Program-made: the position numbers and the translations under genes | The notes under the pieces: generated by a model | The model's input: the letters and a program-made list of their open reading frames with translations, nothing else | The model's database searches: none | Told to the model about the DNA's origin: nothing | Assembly (NCBI RefSeq): GCF_006345805.1 | Contig: NC_043002.1 | Span: 56,048,001 to 56,112,000 of the forward strand | Reading direction: 5' to 3' | Origin: Octopus sinensis | Taxonomy: Eukaryota | Length of the DNA stretch: 64,000 nt | Shown here: piece after piece, positions 25,901 through 39,747 of the stretch | Layout: every line of letters starts with the position of its first letter | Numbering within the stretch: the stretch's first letter is position 1

Positions 25901-28900
25901 TGGTATTTATTCTATCAGTGTCTTTTACTGAACTGCTAAGTTACAGGGACATAAACACACCAACACATGTTGTCAAGTGGTGGTGGAGACAAACACACAC
26001 ACGTGTGTGTGTGTGTGCGTGCGTATGTGCATGTGTATACAACAAGCTTCTCTCAATTTCTATCAACCAAATCCATTTACAAGGCTTTGAACAACTTGAG
26101 GCTATAGCGGAAGACACTTGCCCAAGGTGCCATGCAGTGAAACTGAACCCAGAACCTTGTAATTGGGAAGCAGATAATAATAATATGGAGCTATTAGACA
26201 CAGACAGGGCCATGTGATTGAGAATCATGTAATCTGATCCAAGGTCCAATTACACTGCAATGCACCATGGACATCTATAATAGCCCGAGGTCAACCAAAG
26301 CCTTGAGGATAGATTTGATAGACAGACTGATAGAAGACCTTCACGCGTGCATGCATGAGTGCTTGTGATGATGATGATTGTAAATGAGCATCTTCATTGT
26401 TACACAGGAGATGTTGTTTGCTTCCAGAAAATATTGAAGAAATTAAACACATTAAGGCACAACAGAACAGTTCAAATCAAGATATTATAAATTTGTAAGT
26501 TCCCAGACATTATCATTGCTCAGAAATAAAATTTCATTGTTTTATCTTCCACTTTTCACTGCTTGCATAAGTCAGACAAAAATTTGTTGAAGCAGATGTT
26601 TTTCTACAGCTGGATGCCCTTCCTGTCACCAACCATCACCTGTTTTCCAGCAAGGTAATATTTCCCGTAGTCTTTCAAACATGAACAGCACAGTGACTGG
26701 GCATGTTTCCATTGAAGATTGTAAAGGAATATATGATATTCACTAGCAATTTCTGCACAAAGGGGACACTCGCGCGCACACACACACAAATACATCATCA
26801 TCACCATTTAATAACCATTTTCCTGGCATGGGTCAGACAGTTTGACAGAGAGCTGCACCAGGCTCCAATGTCTGTTTTGGCATGGTTTCTACAGCTGGAA
26901 GCCTTCCTTAATGCCAACCACTCCACAGAGTGTACTAGATGCTTTTTCTGTGGTACCAGCACTTTTAACATGGCACCAGCACTAGTATCAACTCTGCTGT
27001 GGCAGATGGGTCTTCCTGCATACATTAAAGGTGCTAAGTATCTCTGTCCTTCGAAACGTGGAGGAAATAAAACAGGGGACAACTGATGAAGGGAATGTTC
27101 TTTATGTTGCCTGTCTCATTTCTCTATTTGTTTCTTTCATTGTTCGAAAAAAAGTTCGTTTTCTATGATTTTGTTTTTTATGTTCTCGTCTCTCATTTTG
27201 TTCACAATTTTTTTTAGGTCCTGTACCCATATATGCTTGTGTATATATATATATATATATATATATGTAGGTACGTACATATATATATGTATATATGCAT
27301 ATATCTATCATCATCATCATCATCATCATCGTTTAACATCCGTTTTCCGCGCTAGCACTGGTTGGATGGTTCAACCGGGGTCTGGGAAGCCAGGGGCAGC
27401 ACCAGGCTCCAGTCTGATCTGGAAGTGTTTCTACGGCTGGATGCCCTTCCTAACACCAACCACTCTGCGAATGTGGTGGGTGCTTTTTACGTGCCACCTG
27501 ATATATAAACATATATGAACACACACACAGTGGGTTTCTTTCATCAGTTTCTCAGCTTCTGTGTATGAAATCCACTTACAAGGATTTCGTTAACCAAGGG
27601 AGATAGAAGACATTTGCCCAGGGTGCTGTACAGTAGGACCAAGCCTGGGACCCTGTGGGTGGTAAGCAAGCTCAGTCATGCCTGCATCTAATTAGAGTAC
27701 AGGAGAGCACTCCTGTTAAAAATATTCTAAATTCATATAATGTCATTATTTTAACATCCACTTTTCTATACTTCCAGGGGACAAATGGAATCTGTTGAGA
27801 CAGGCTTTCTCTGGTTGGGTGCCCTTCCTGTCACTAACCTTAATTTGTTTCCAAGGGAGGTAATATTTCCCCTTGGCCAGACATGTTTTCACAGAATATT
27901 GTAAATGAATGACACTGCTTGTATGACTTGTTTACAATATGTTGTCAGGGCAAGAAGATAGTACCACACACACACAACATTCTTCATTCAGTTTCCATCT
28001 ACTAAATCCACTCACAAGGTTTTGGTCGGCCTGGGGCTATAGTAGAAGGCACTTGCCCAAAATGCTATGCAATAGGACTGAACCTGCTGCAAGTGGTTGA
28101 GAAGGCATAGAACCTTTCCAAATACCACAACAAAGTATATAACAGCTGAAGAAAAGACTATTCAGCTGCTACCATTGAGATTGATGTTATAACAGAAATT
28201 ACATGATAGTTTAATTTAATAAAGACATTGTGTCAAAAACAAAACAAACAAAACAATTCACACCTAATTAAACCAATGTGACAAGATGTCACATTAGAAT
28301 AAATTTAGTTCGATAGTCAACATAACGAACATATATTTAAACAAAGCAATTCTCTGTGTGTGTGGTGGGGGTGTTAGATGGTTACAGACTTAACACAGCC
28401 TTTACTTAGCATTTCATATGCACAAAAGCACTGCAAGTCAAATAAGGACCCATTTTCAAACCAAATAAGGCTAAAACATTGTGTTGAATGCTCTTTTCTT
28501 TTGTTTGTTTGACATGGCTGTGTGGTAAGAAGTTTGCTTCCCAACCACATGGTTCCAAGTTCAGTCCCACTGCATGGCACCTTGGACAAGTGTCTTCTAT
28601 TATAGCCTCAGGCCAACCAAAGCCTTGTGAGTGGATTTGGTAGATGGAAACTGAAAGAAACCTGTCATGGATATATATGTGGGTGTGTATCTGTGTTTGT
28701 CCCAATCATTCACTCCACAACCGGTGTTGCTGTTTTTATGTCCCTGTAACTTAGCAGTTTGCCAAAAGACCAATAGAATATGTACCAGGCTTAAAAAAGA
28801 AAAAGTATTGGGGTTGATACATTCAACTCAAAATTCTTCAAGGCAGTACCCCAGCATGGCCACAGTCTAATGACTGAAACAAGCAAAAGATAAAAGATAT

Positions 28901-28974
28901 ATATATATATAGACCTACCCATGCTAGTATGGAAGGTGGATATTAAACAATGATGATGCTATCATGTGACTGAC

Positions 28975-29612
28975 CATGGAACTGTCAATTCAGGTAGCCA
29001 GTCTCTCAATTGGGTCAACATTTGGCAGACTCTCCTCCTCTCACTCATTTTCTACATTCAGCAGACCTTCATAATGGCATTTCCAAGCCTCTTTCTTTGC
29101 AAAATCATTACATGCAAGTGCACCATCATCTATGCAGACACATTTCTCTCCTATGACATCACAATTTTCTCTCACACACTGTCTTGCAATCTGAAACACT
29201 TCAGTTCTTTGGTCCTCACATCACCGAACATAGGCAAACTTCTTTCCTGCTTCTCCCTTGGCTAGATATACTTGTCACCTAGTATCCCTTCAAGCAATCC
29301 TGTATTGTTCCACCACCATGTTACCCTAGGTCTGGGTGGAACTTTGCACCAGCCACAGATTTGGTCTGTGGCATTCAGTAAGCTATCCCTCAGGAATTCC
29401 CAGTTGCCCTCTATGTTACAAGTCTGGAACGCCTCCTCCCTTTCATTAAATTTTTTAATTAGGATGTCCCTAAATCTCTGACCATACGAAGTGTCCTTAA
29501 GATTCCAAATCCTTCTTTCCCAGACTGGTTTACTTCTTGGCATGCTTTTGGCCTGGAGTTTAAAGTCACTAATGGCTAGTCTTTGCTGGGGAGGGGGGGG
29601 TCCTCTCTTCAA
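28975..29612 (-). mobile_element. RTE-clade LINE fragment (region after the AP endonuclease)
   Basis: QRLAISDF...RRIWNLKD...W..LRDSLL.ATDQICGW...TWWWN is typical of the RTE ORF linker. It decays downstream. Confidence 0.8.
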
Positions 29613-29904
29613 AAGGTAAATAGTCCCTCTACAAGAACCTGCTCACACTTCTCTCATACTTTGGCATCAGAAAATGCATTCTGTCATAGAGACTTTGCCA
29701 AAATAGACACTGGAGCATGATGGACTGTCAAACCATTCAACCCATGCCAGCATGGAACAAAGACATTAAATGATTGTAAATATAAGACAACTCTGTAATA
29801 TTAGAGAAAATTCAACAGATTCATAGTACCAGTACCACCTACAACCATCTTTATAGCATCTCCACAAAAATAAAAATGTTCTGTAATATGATTTCTTATA
29901 GTTC

Positions 29905-30650
29905 TTTCTCACAGTTTTTACACTTAAATCTTCCATTCTAGCATGGGTTGAACAGTTCAACTGGGGTCTGGGAACCCAGGAGACTGCACCAGGCCCCAAT
30001 CTGATCTGGCAGTGTTTCTACAGCTGGATGCCCTTCCTAACACCAACCACTCTGTGAGTGCTTTTTATGTGCCACCAGCACAGGGGCCAGAAGAGTGGGC
30101 ATCAACCACGATCGGATGGTGCCCCCCACGCACCACCGGCATGGAAACCAGTCAAAGCAGTACTGGCATCGGCCACGTTCAGATGGCGCTCTTTGCATAC
30201 TACCAGCATGGTGGTTACAACTATAATTTCCATTTGATTTGATTTTGATACTGATGTTGATGTACTTGACTCAATAGGTCTCCTCAAGCACGGCATGTCA
30301 CCCCATGATCAAAGATACTTTTGAGTGGGCTGGTTATGCTACACTGGTGTAGGTTACAGCTCTGAACTCACTTTATTTGCCAGGTCTTCTCAGTCATAGC
30401 ATATCTCCAGAGGTCTTGGCCTTTCGTCATTGCCTCTGTGAGGCCCAACGTTCAAAAGTCACGCTTCACCACTTCATCCCATGCCTTCCTGGGTCTCCCT
30501 CTACCCTGGATTCCTTCCACTGTTTGGGAGTGGCACTTCTTCACACATCACTCTGCAGTACATGACCATAACCAACGAAAACATCTCTCTTGCACGCCAC
30601 ATCCAATGCTTCTTATGTCTAACTTCAATTTTTCTGAAATCCTAACATGC
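29905..30650 (-). mobile_element. RTE LINE 3' end with UTR/tail
   Basis: Minus-strand VQERCFRWLWS..., GRPRKAWDEVVKRD motif, followed by the common RTE tail repeat. Confidence 0.7.
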
Positions 30651-31002
30651 CATATAAAACATATCACACACACACACAAATATCTGTCTCTCTGGTCACA
30701 TGTGTGTATGCATGCGTTCCTATGAAAGCAAAACCTGAATGTAACCAGTGAGATTCTAATCTGTGCAAGAATGGAATAACAAAATCCCTACCCTTTCACC
30801 AAAAGAAAATAATATATTTAGAGGTTACTGATGCAGAAGTTATAGATTAGCCTATAACAACCATCCTGCATCTCCTGACACAGTGTGAGTTTTTGTGTAC
30901 ACTTGTCTGTGCACGGTTTATAAAATAAACAAGAATTTTAATTTCTTGAAGACTACAAAAAAGACAAACTAAAAAAAACATCATTTGGTGAATGAGGTTT
31001 AA

Positions 31003-31359
31003 CCCTTTAGCATTTATACCAGCCATATTTCATTATTATATCCGGCCCAAATATGCTGTTTTTATGTTCTAACCAACCAGATCCAGCCTATCACGCTTAC
31101 CCTTCAATGCCGTTATTAAATATACAAACACATCATCAACACTTCAAAGCTACAAAATAATGCATGATTAATTAAAAACACTTTGAATGAAAAAGTCCCT
31201 TATTCAGTTTCTTTTTGTATCACCAGCCCTTATCTGTTTCAAAACTAAGAAATATTTCTTCTTGGCCAGGCATGTAAATACCAATGTTGACAAACTGTAG
31301 GGTTTATCTGCTTCAAAGACAACAACTACGATTTGACAGAATAATTTCGATGCTGGGGG
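31003..31359 (+). mobile_element. piggyBac-type MITE (family B) carrying a ~135-bp templated insertion
   Basis: TTAA|CCCTTTAGCATT ... GCTGGGGG|TTAA. The segment ~31196-31333 is absent from the sister copies. Confidence 0.8.
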
Positions 31360-31814
31360 TTAACCAGGATTTTGCTTCATTTATGTGGTTCTTATATTGG
31401 AAACCAGCAAATACAAAATAATAATCCTTTCTACTATAGACTCAAGGCCTCTGAGAGGGGGGAGGGGAGGGGGAGTCGATTTCTTCACACACACACCCCA
31501 CCAGTACTTAACTGGTACCTATTTTGACCCCCAAAAGGATAAAGGGCAAAGTTGACCCCAGCAAAATTTGAACCGAAAGTAAAGCCAAAACAAATGCTAA
31601 TAAGCATTCTCTCCTGTATGTTAATGGTTCTACCCTTGTGGTAAGAAGCTTGCTTCCCAACCACATGTTTCTGGGTTCAGTCCCATTGCGTGGCACCTTG
31701 GGCAAGTGTCTTTTACTATAGCCTCAGGCTGACCAAAGCCTTGTGAGTGGATTTGGTAGATGGAAACTGAAAGAAGCCCATTGTATATATGTGTGTGAGT
31801 GTGTGTGTGCATGT

Positions 31815-32195
31815 GGAGGTGCAATGGCCTAGTGGTTAGGGCAGCAGACTCATGTTCATTGGATCACGGTTTCGATTCCCAGACCGGGCACTGTGAGTGC
31901 TTATTGAACAAAAACACCTAAAGTTCCACAAGGCTCCAGCAGGGGGTGGTAGCGAACCCTGCTGTACTCTTTCACCACAACTTTCTCTCACTCTTTCTTC
32001 CTGTTTCTGTTGTACCTGTAATTCAAAGGGCCAGCCTTGTCACATTCTGTGTCATGCTGAATCTCCCTGAGAACTACATTAAGGGTACATGTGTCTGTGG
32101 AGTGCTCAGCCACTTGCATGCTAATTTCACAAGCAGGCAGTTCTGTTGATTATATCAGCTAGGACCCTCATCGTCGTAAACAACGGAGTGTCACG
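31815..32195 (+). mobile_element. Third tRNA-derived SINE family, nested in the microsatellite of a CORE-type SINE
   Basis: A box TGGCCTAGTGG and B box GGTTTCGATTCC. The host SINE head (31638-31810) resumes its 3' half at ~32215. Confidence 0.7.
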
Positions 32196-33895
32196 ATATA
32201 TGTTGTATGAATGTATGTGTTTGTTCCCCACCATCAGTTGACAACTGATGTTGGTGTGTTTACGTCCCCATAACTTAGCAGTTTGACAAGAGACCAATCA
32301 AATAAGTACTAGGCTTACAAAGAATAAGTGCTGGGATCGATTTCTTCAACTAAAGGTGTTGCTCCAGCATGGCTGCAGTCAAATGACTGAAACAAGTAAA
32401 AGTATAAAAGACCATTAATGATGAGGACCCACTCCCCTCCCCATTCACTTCTATGTTTCAGTGTTTGAAAGAAATCACAAGTAATAAGGATAATTCTAAA
32501 GACTTCCCTTCTCCAATTCCATTAGCAGTCAAAGAATTGGAGTCAATCAAACAAAACCCTACCCACCCCTCTCACCAAATCTGAGATCTTAAACCAAAGA
32601 GAGAGAAATATTACAAATGTTAAATCACACCCCGTGCCAGTGGCATGTAGAAGCACCCGTTACACTCTCAGAGTGGTTGGCATTAGGAAGGGCATCTAGC
32701 CATAGAAAACCATGCCAAATCAGACAGGAGTCTGGTGCAGCCTTCCAGCATTTCAGCCCGGTCAAACCGTCCAACCCATACCAGCATGGACATTAAATGA
32801 TGATGATGGTGGTGGTGATGATGATCATCATCATCATCATCGTAACTGCTAGTTTGACATCACATGATGATTGTAAACCGCCGCCACCATCATCATCATC
32901 ATTATCATCGTGGTTCACCTCCAGTCTTCCGTGAAAAACATGCCTGGCCAAGAAGAAATATTTCTTAGTTTTGAAACAGATAAGGGCTGGTGATACAAAA
33001 AGAAATCCAGCTGTAGAAAGAAAAATCTATTCAAAATATCATCTCACTGCAAACATGAGAAAATAGATGCTTAAAGAATGATGACGATAAAGTGTTTTGC
33101 TTCCTTACAACCCATGAATTTGTAGCCCCATGTCTTGTCAAATCCGACAATTTGTTTTGCTCCAAGAATTTGTTATTTTTACGGTCAGTTTTAGCTAAGC
33201 GAGCAAGCGAGTGAGTGAGACACTTCCTGTTCACATACACACAAGTGTGGTGGGTGTGGTGGGAATGTGGAAGGTTTAAATAGCTGGTCACTTAAGTACT
33301 CACAGTTGTACTAAATTGACCAGCAATATAAACCTAAGCAGCTGTGGCCTAAAAGCATCTAACCACATGATGAAAATACTAACTTATCTATGAACCGAGA
33401 TCAATAGAGATCAATACAATATTACATACAGATAACTAGACACAGTTCAGACACCACCACCTCTGAAAGAAGAGAACTTATCCAGATCCATTTATCCAGG
33501 TTTTCTGGGAACAATGAGGACCTGAAAGTTAAGTGGCTTATGTGCGATAGCAGAAGATGTTTACAAGCCAACACCAACAGCCACTCATTGACTAGTTATG
33601 TAGGATATGTGACACCAACGAGAAAGTTTAAAAGTTCAAGCAAGGCTGCTAATAGTGTACCAAGTCGAGAGTTGTTGACATTCAGCTTCAAATGTTAGTT
33701 TACGTCTGATTTATCCAAATTGCTTTCCAGGAGAGATCCAGTCCACTGTTTACATGCTATCTGTTTAGGAATGCAGGGAAGGGTCTACAAGTGTGTGTCT
33801 ATGTGTATATGTATATGTGTGTGTGTGTGCGTATATATATATATACACTTATATTTATACATGTATGTGTATGTATATATATATTTATATATGTA

Positions 33896-33952
<57 letters not shown>

Positions 33953-34097
33953 GTGTGTATATATACATATCTATATATGTGTGTGTATATATATGTGTGT
34001 GTGTGTGTATACACCTCACTTGGATATTTACCACTTTCAAGGTGCCACTCGCTGTGAAATAGAGCCCAGATTTTATCCACTCCATTCATTAATTCTT

Positions 34098-34100
<3 letters not shown>

Positions 34101-34137
<37 letters not shown>

Positions 34138-35438
34138 CAAATAAGAAAATGGAGAAGCACAATAGTTGGTTCATCAACTTTAGGACATTAACATTTTAAC
34201 TTATTTATTTATTGAAATTATAATTATAATAACATACATACATATAGCATATTATTCTATTATTAATAATTGGGTATTATACCAACAGTATATTGGATAG
34301 ATATTATCCCTTAGTGGGTTGGGCCCACAACACCTAACTTTCTTGGAGTTATATATATATTCTTTTATTTGTTTCAGTCATTTGACTGTGGCCATGCTGG
34401 AACACCATCTTCAGTCGAGCAAATCAACCCCAGGACTTATTCTTTGTAAGCCTGGTACTTGTTCTGTCAGTCCCTTTTGCCGAACCACTAAGTTACGGGG
34501 ACATAAACACACCAGCACCAGTTGTCAAGTGATGGTGGGGTGACAAACACAGACACACACACACACACACATATGTATATATATATATATATATATACAT
34601 ACATATATACGACAGTCTACCAAATCCACTCACAAGGCTTTGGTCAGCCCGAAGCTATAGCAGAAAACACTTGCCTCCAAGGTGCCACGCAGTGGAACTG
34701 AACCCAGAACCATGTGGTTGGTAAGCAAGCTACTTATGACACAGCCACTCCTGCACCTATATAATATATATATATATATATATATAGCAAATAAGAAAAT
34801 GGAGAAGCACAATAGTTGGTTCATCAACTTTAGGACATTAACATTTTAACTTATTTATTTATTGAAATTATAATTATAATAACATACATACATATAGCAT
34901 ATTATTCTATTATTAATAATTGGGTATTATACCAACAGTATATTGGATAGATATTATCCCTTAGTGGGTTGGGCCCACAACACCTAACTTTCTTGGAGTT
35001 ATATATATATTCTTTTATTTGTTTCAGTCATTTGACTGTGGCCATGCTGGAACACCATCTTCAGTCGAGCAAATCAACCCCAGGACTTATTCTTTGTAAG
35101 CCTGGTACTTGTTCTGTCAGTCCCTTTTGCCGAACCACTAAGTTACGGGGACATAAACACACCAGCACCAGTTGTCAAGTGATGGTGGGGTGACAAACAC
35201 AGACACACACACACACACACACACATATGTATATATATATATATATATATACATACATATATACGACAGTCTACCAAATCCACTCACAAGGCTTTGGTCA
35301 GCCCGAAGCTATAGCAGAAAACACTTGCCTCCAAGGTGCCACGCAGTGGAACTGAACCCAGAACCATGTGGTTGGTAAGCAAGCTACTTATGACACAGCC
35401 ACTCCTGCACCTATATATATATATATATATATATATAT
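34101..35438 (+). repeat. ~650-bp tandem duplication, essentially identical copies
   Basis: 34138-34760 repeats at 34788-35412 (identical 74-aa ORFs at 34319 and 34969). The copies differ only in microsatellite length. Breakpoints are in (TA)n. Confidence 0.96.
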
Positions 35439-37020
35439 GCATGCATACACATACACACACACAAGATGAGCTTCTTTCAGTCTCTCTTTACCAAATCCAC
35501 TCACATAGCTTTGGTTGGCCAGAAGCAATACGAGAAGACACTTGGTGCTGTGCAGTGAGACTGAAACCAAAACCATGTGATTGAGAAGCAAACTACACAG
35601 ACATCTGTTTATCAACAACAGACTTGTTGCATTTACCCTCTCTCTCTCTCTCTTTGCGTGCGTGTGTGTGTGAATAGATACACAGGCAGATCACACACAA
35701 TCCCTGAGTAAAACAAAATTCACCAGGGTCGCATTAACCTTTTATTCCCAATCAGAAGTTTATCAACAAGCAGAGACAGTGAGGTCAGCATATTTATGAA
35801 ATACATCGAAATGGAGGCAAACACCACAACCAGTAAATACCAATGTTGACAAACTGTAGGGTTTATCTGCTTCAAAGACAACAACTACGATTAAGTTACA
35901 GGAGGAAAGCAAAAACAAACAAAAACAAATATTCATCCCCACCCCCTAAATGTCCTCATTCATTCATTTTTTTTTTATCCCCCCACCTTTTCAATCTATA
36001 TTTATTTTGTCTTTTTCTCTCGCTTTTATTAATGTTGCTTATGGCCTTGCTATCATAGCAATGTCGACAGTAAAAACAACCGACGCCATCTTAATCTCTA
36101 CGCCACCACCACAATCGTCTTCAAATTCACTTTTCTGTTTCCATATTTAAACTTCCTTTTGAGTTTTCTAGACAACAGGTTCTTTTTAATTCTAGGTGCG
36201 TTATCTTGGAGGTGGGGATCACTCAGTTGTTGAGATGAATCTATACCAAGTCATTCGGGAGTGTTATGCCTCAACCACCAACAATGGTCACTTTATTCCA
36301 GATTTGCATGGGTTAGGCAGAATTTGTAGAGGCAAATTTTCTATGTCCAGATGCTCTTCCTGGTGCCAACCCTCACCTCTTACCAAACAAGGTAATCTTT
36401 CCACATGGCCAGACATATTTTTATGAAAGACTGGAAACAAACAACAAAACTTTATGAAGGTGAGGCTCATTTACAATTATTGTTCTTTGTCAAGACAAGA
36501 ACACACACACAACAGGCTCCTCCCATTTCCTGTCTCCCAAATCCATTCACAAGGCTTTGGCTGATCTAAGACTATAGCAGAAGACACTTGCCTCAGGTTC
36601 CACAAAGTGAGTTTGAACCTGAAACCCCATGATTGCAAAACCAACTATTTAACCACACAACTACACCTGTCCATACCTATCACTTTGAGATTAGATATTT
36701 TCCTCAAAATATTCAACTCAACACCACACACAAAACACTCATCACTACAACAATGCCCCCACTGTTCACGGGGGGGGGGGGATGTACGTTGTTTCATTCT
36801 CTGATCCCTACAAGCAAACAAAATGAGAAGATATTGCCATGAAGTTTCCCATTGAGTCACAGACACAACACAGTTGATGAATGTAGAATACAAACACCAC
36901 CAATCCTTTGGCTCATAACCCAATTCTCTACAGTCTCAGATAACCATTACTCTCAGACACTAATTGCCTTCACTTTAATTCCATTTTTATTTCTACATAT
37001 AATTATCTATGCTGTGTTTA

Positions 37021-37051
<31 letters not shown>

Positions 37052-37624
37052 CAGTTTTGCTTTTTTTTATCTTCTTTGTACGGATTAGCTGGTTCTTCAA
37101 ATTCGGTCAAATGGATGAACTATTTCACTAAAGCACAGCTGGACACACTCACACAGAACCATTTCATCTATTTTTAGTAGCATCAGAGACCGAAATAAAC
37201 CATACTAACCTGTGCACCAGAGGCATTAATGCTGCAAAGTGACATTGGCACTTGCTACATTGACCTCTGCATCAGGAACCTGCATACAGACACACACACA
37301 TACACATACCAATCAATTACTGGCGCACTAGAAACAGATAACACATTACTTAAAACTGAAAAAATTGGTAACAGATTCAATAATATTAAAAGAGTTTTTT
37401 AATGTTTTATATCCATTAACACTTTGTCAGCCAAAACCATTTTGCACCAGAAGTTCTAATTTTGTTATAAATTACTCTTAATCCCTTAATTCTTTAGCAT
37501 TTAAACTATCCATATCCAACCCAAATGTTCTACCTATTTATGTTCAAACTGGCCAGATCCAGCCTCTCGCACTTATCCCACAACGTCATTCTAAAAATAA
37601 ACAACCGCAAAATATCATCACTGA

Positions 37625-37722
37625 GAGTCACCAGTGACTCCCATGGTACATTAAGAATATAGCATGAAGAGTCACCAGTGACTCCCGTGGTATATCAAGA
37701 ATATAGCATGAGGAGTCACTGA
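37625..37722 (+). repeat. 44-bp tandem repeat (2.2 copies) with internal palindrome GAGTCACCAGTGACTC, at the end of a piggyBac-like element
   Basis: Units at 37625-37668 and 37669-37712. The element ends GGCAAAGGG|TTAA at ~37744. Confidence 0.8.
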
Positions 37723-39394
37723 TGCTGCAATGATAGGCAAAGGGTTAATTCATCATCAATAATGATGACAGTGATGACAGCCTTGATAACAACAAGTGAT
37801 AACTGATAATGAAGGTGGCGAACTAGCAGAAATGTCCAGGCGAAATACTTAGCAGTATTTCGTCTGTCTTTATGTTCTGAGTTCAAATTCTGATGAGGTC
37901 GACTTTTCCTTTCATCCTTTCGGAGTCGATAAATTAATTACTAGTTTCATACTGGGGTCGATCTAATCGACTGGCCCTCTCCTCAAAAATTTTGGGGCTT
38001 GTGCCAAGAGTAGAAAAGGATAATAATTTAATAGACAGGCACAAAAATCAGCTTGTTTCACCCCAAAAAAATTCTTTTAAAAACATGGAGTAAAAATATA
38101 AAACAGAAAATATTTGAGACTTTTCCAGATTATCGACCATCTGTCCCGTGTTTTCATTTCCTAATCTATATTGGAGAGATCCGACACAATGAACAAAAGA
38201 ACAATCAATGAAAATATATAAAACGGAGACTATATAAAGATGAGTGAGACATGATACAGAAAAAGGAGAAAACAGTTTAGAAAAAAACACATCTCAGAAG
38301 TTCAACAACCTCCATGGAAACACAGGAGCAATATCTTATGAGTACATTCTGTATAAGGAAGGTAGTAATCCCACCATCATAGGTGAAGTATGGTAGAACA
38401 TTTGGTTTCCAACCACATGGTTCCGGGTTCAGTTCCACTTCATGGCATTTTGGGCAAGTCTCTTCTACAACAGCCTAATCTTCTAACTCTAACCATATGA
38501 GTAGATTTGGTACATGGAAACTAAAAGAAACCTGCTTTTTTTGTTTGTGTGTGTGCCTGTCCCCTGCTACTGCTTGACAACCGGTGTTGGTGTGTTTATG
38601 TCTCCGTAACTTTGAGGTTCAGCAAGAGACCAATAAAATAAGTACCAGGCTTTAAAAACAATGAGAACTAGGGTGATTTCAATTAAAACTCTTCAAGGTG
38701 GTGCCCCAGCATGGCCACAGTCTAATGATAAACAAGTAAATGACAAACACCTCAGCTGAAGTCACTGCCTTCTCTCCTATTGACTTGAAGAGTTTAGTTG
38801 AACAAATCGACCCCAGAACTTATTTTTTTTAAGCCAGTCTCTTCTGTCAAATCACTAAGATACAAGGACATAAATAAACCAATACTGGCTGTCAAGAGGA
38901 TTGAATACACACACACATACAATTGCTTTTATGCACCATGCATCCATATGAGAGGTTCCCTCATGGTAAATAATACAGCATCTGGTGTTCTAACACAACC
39001 TGCACATCATGTTGGATATAAAAATTGCTTTTGTCGCTATTAATTATTTTTTAATAAGCCTGCTGGCTAATTGCAACACATGGTGTCTGAAAACATTCTA
39101 TGTCACTGACAGCGAGATTAAGTCGTTATGTTGCTATGGGACATCTGCCACTGAGAAGCCCAGGGAGGGTGAAATTATGTGATCTACCAGTTCTGGCACC
39201 CATAGCAGACAATTCTCATCTGCCAACAATTTAGCTATAAGTGCTTTTGTGCACCATGCACCCATATGAGAGAAGCTGTCAAGATAAATAACAGCATTCA
39301 GAGTTCTAATAACAGCCACACTAAGCTGAATGTAAAGACTGCTTTTTGAAAATGATACTGCTTCTGTCACTCTGTGTGTGTACATGAGTGTGTG

Positions 39395-39434
<40 letters not shown>

Positions 39435-39747
39435 AGCGTGTGCGGATTAAATGATGATGATGATATACACACATATGCCAGGCTTCCACTGAGTTTCTGC
39501 CTACCAAATTCTCTCATGCAGGGCTGTTGTAGATGCTTGCCCAAAGTGCTGCACTGTGGGACTGAACTTGAAACCACATGGTCATAAGAGAGCTTCTTAA
39601 CCACACAGCCATGCCTGCACCTAAATACATATGAGTCTCAAATAATTCCACTCAAGCCTATTATCTCCTCTGCAAACATGTCAAACACCACCAAACACAC
39701 ACACATACACACTATATATGATGTATTTATATATATATATATATATA

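Noticed and set aside
27040-27100. CGAAAC...CTGATGA as a type II hammerhead
   Set aside because: Stem II cannot close without consuming core bases, and stems I and III are not identifiable.
33720-34199. Long ORFs rich in YI/CV/HT repeats (also 2275, 22845-23257, 46253-46566, 52273-52815, 53989)
   Set aside because: They are translations of (TA)n, (TG)n, (CA)n and (TACA)n microsatellites and SINE bodies, with no protein motifs.
37210-37279. 70-nt minus-strand segment bounded by CAG| and |GTTAGT, a possible next exon of the LIM gene
   Set aside because: It has stops in all three frames, no LIM3 (APKC) similarity and a weak polypyrimidine tract. Only RNA-seq could rescue it as a poison exon.
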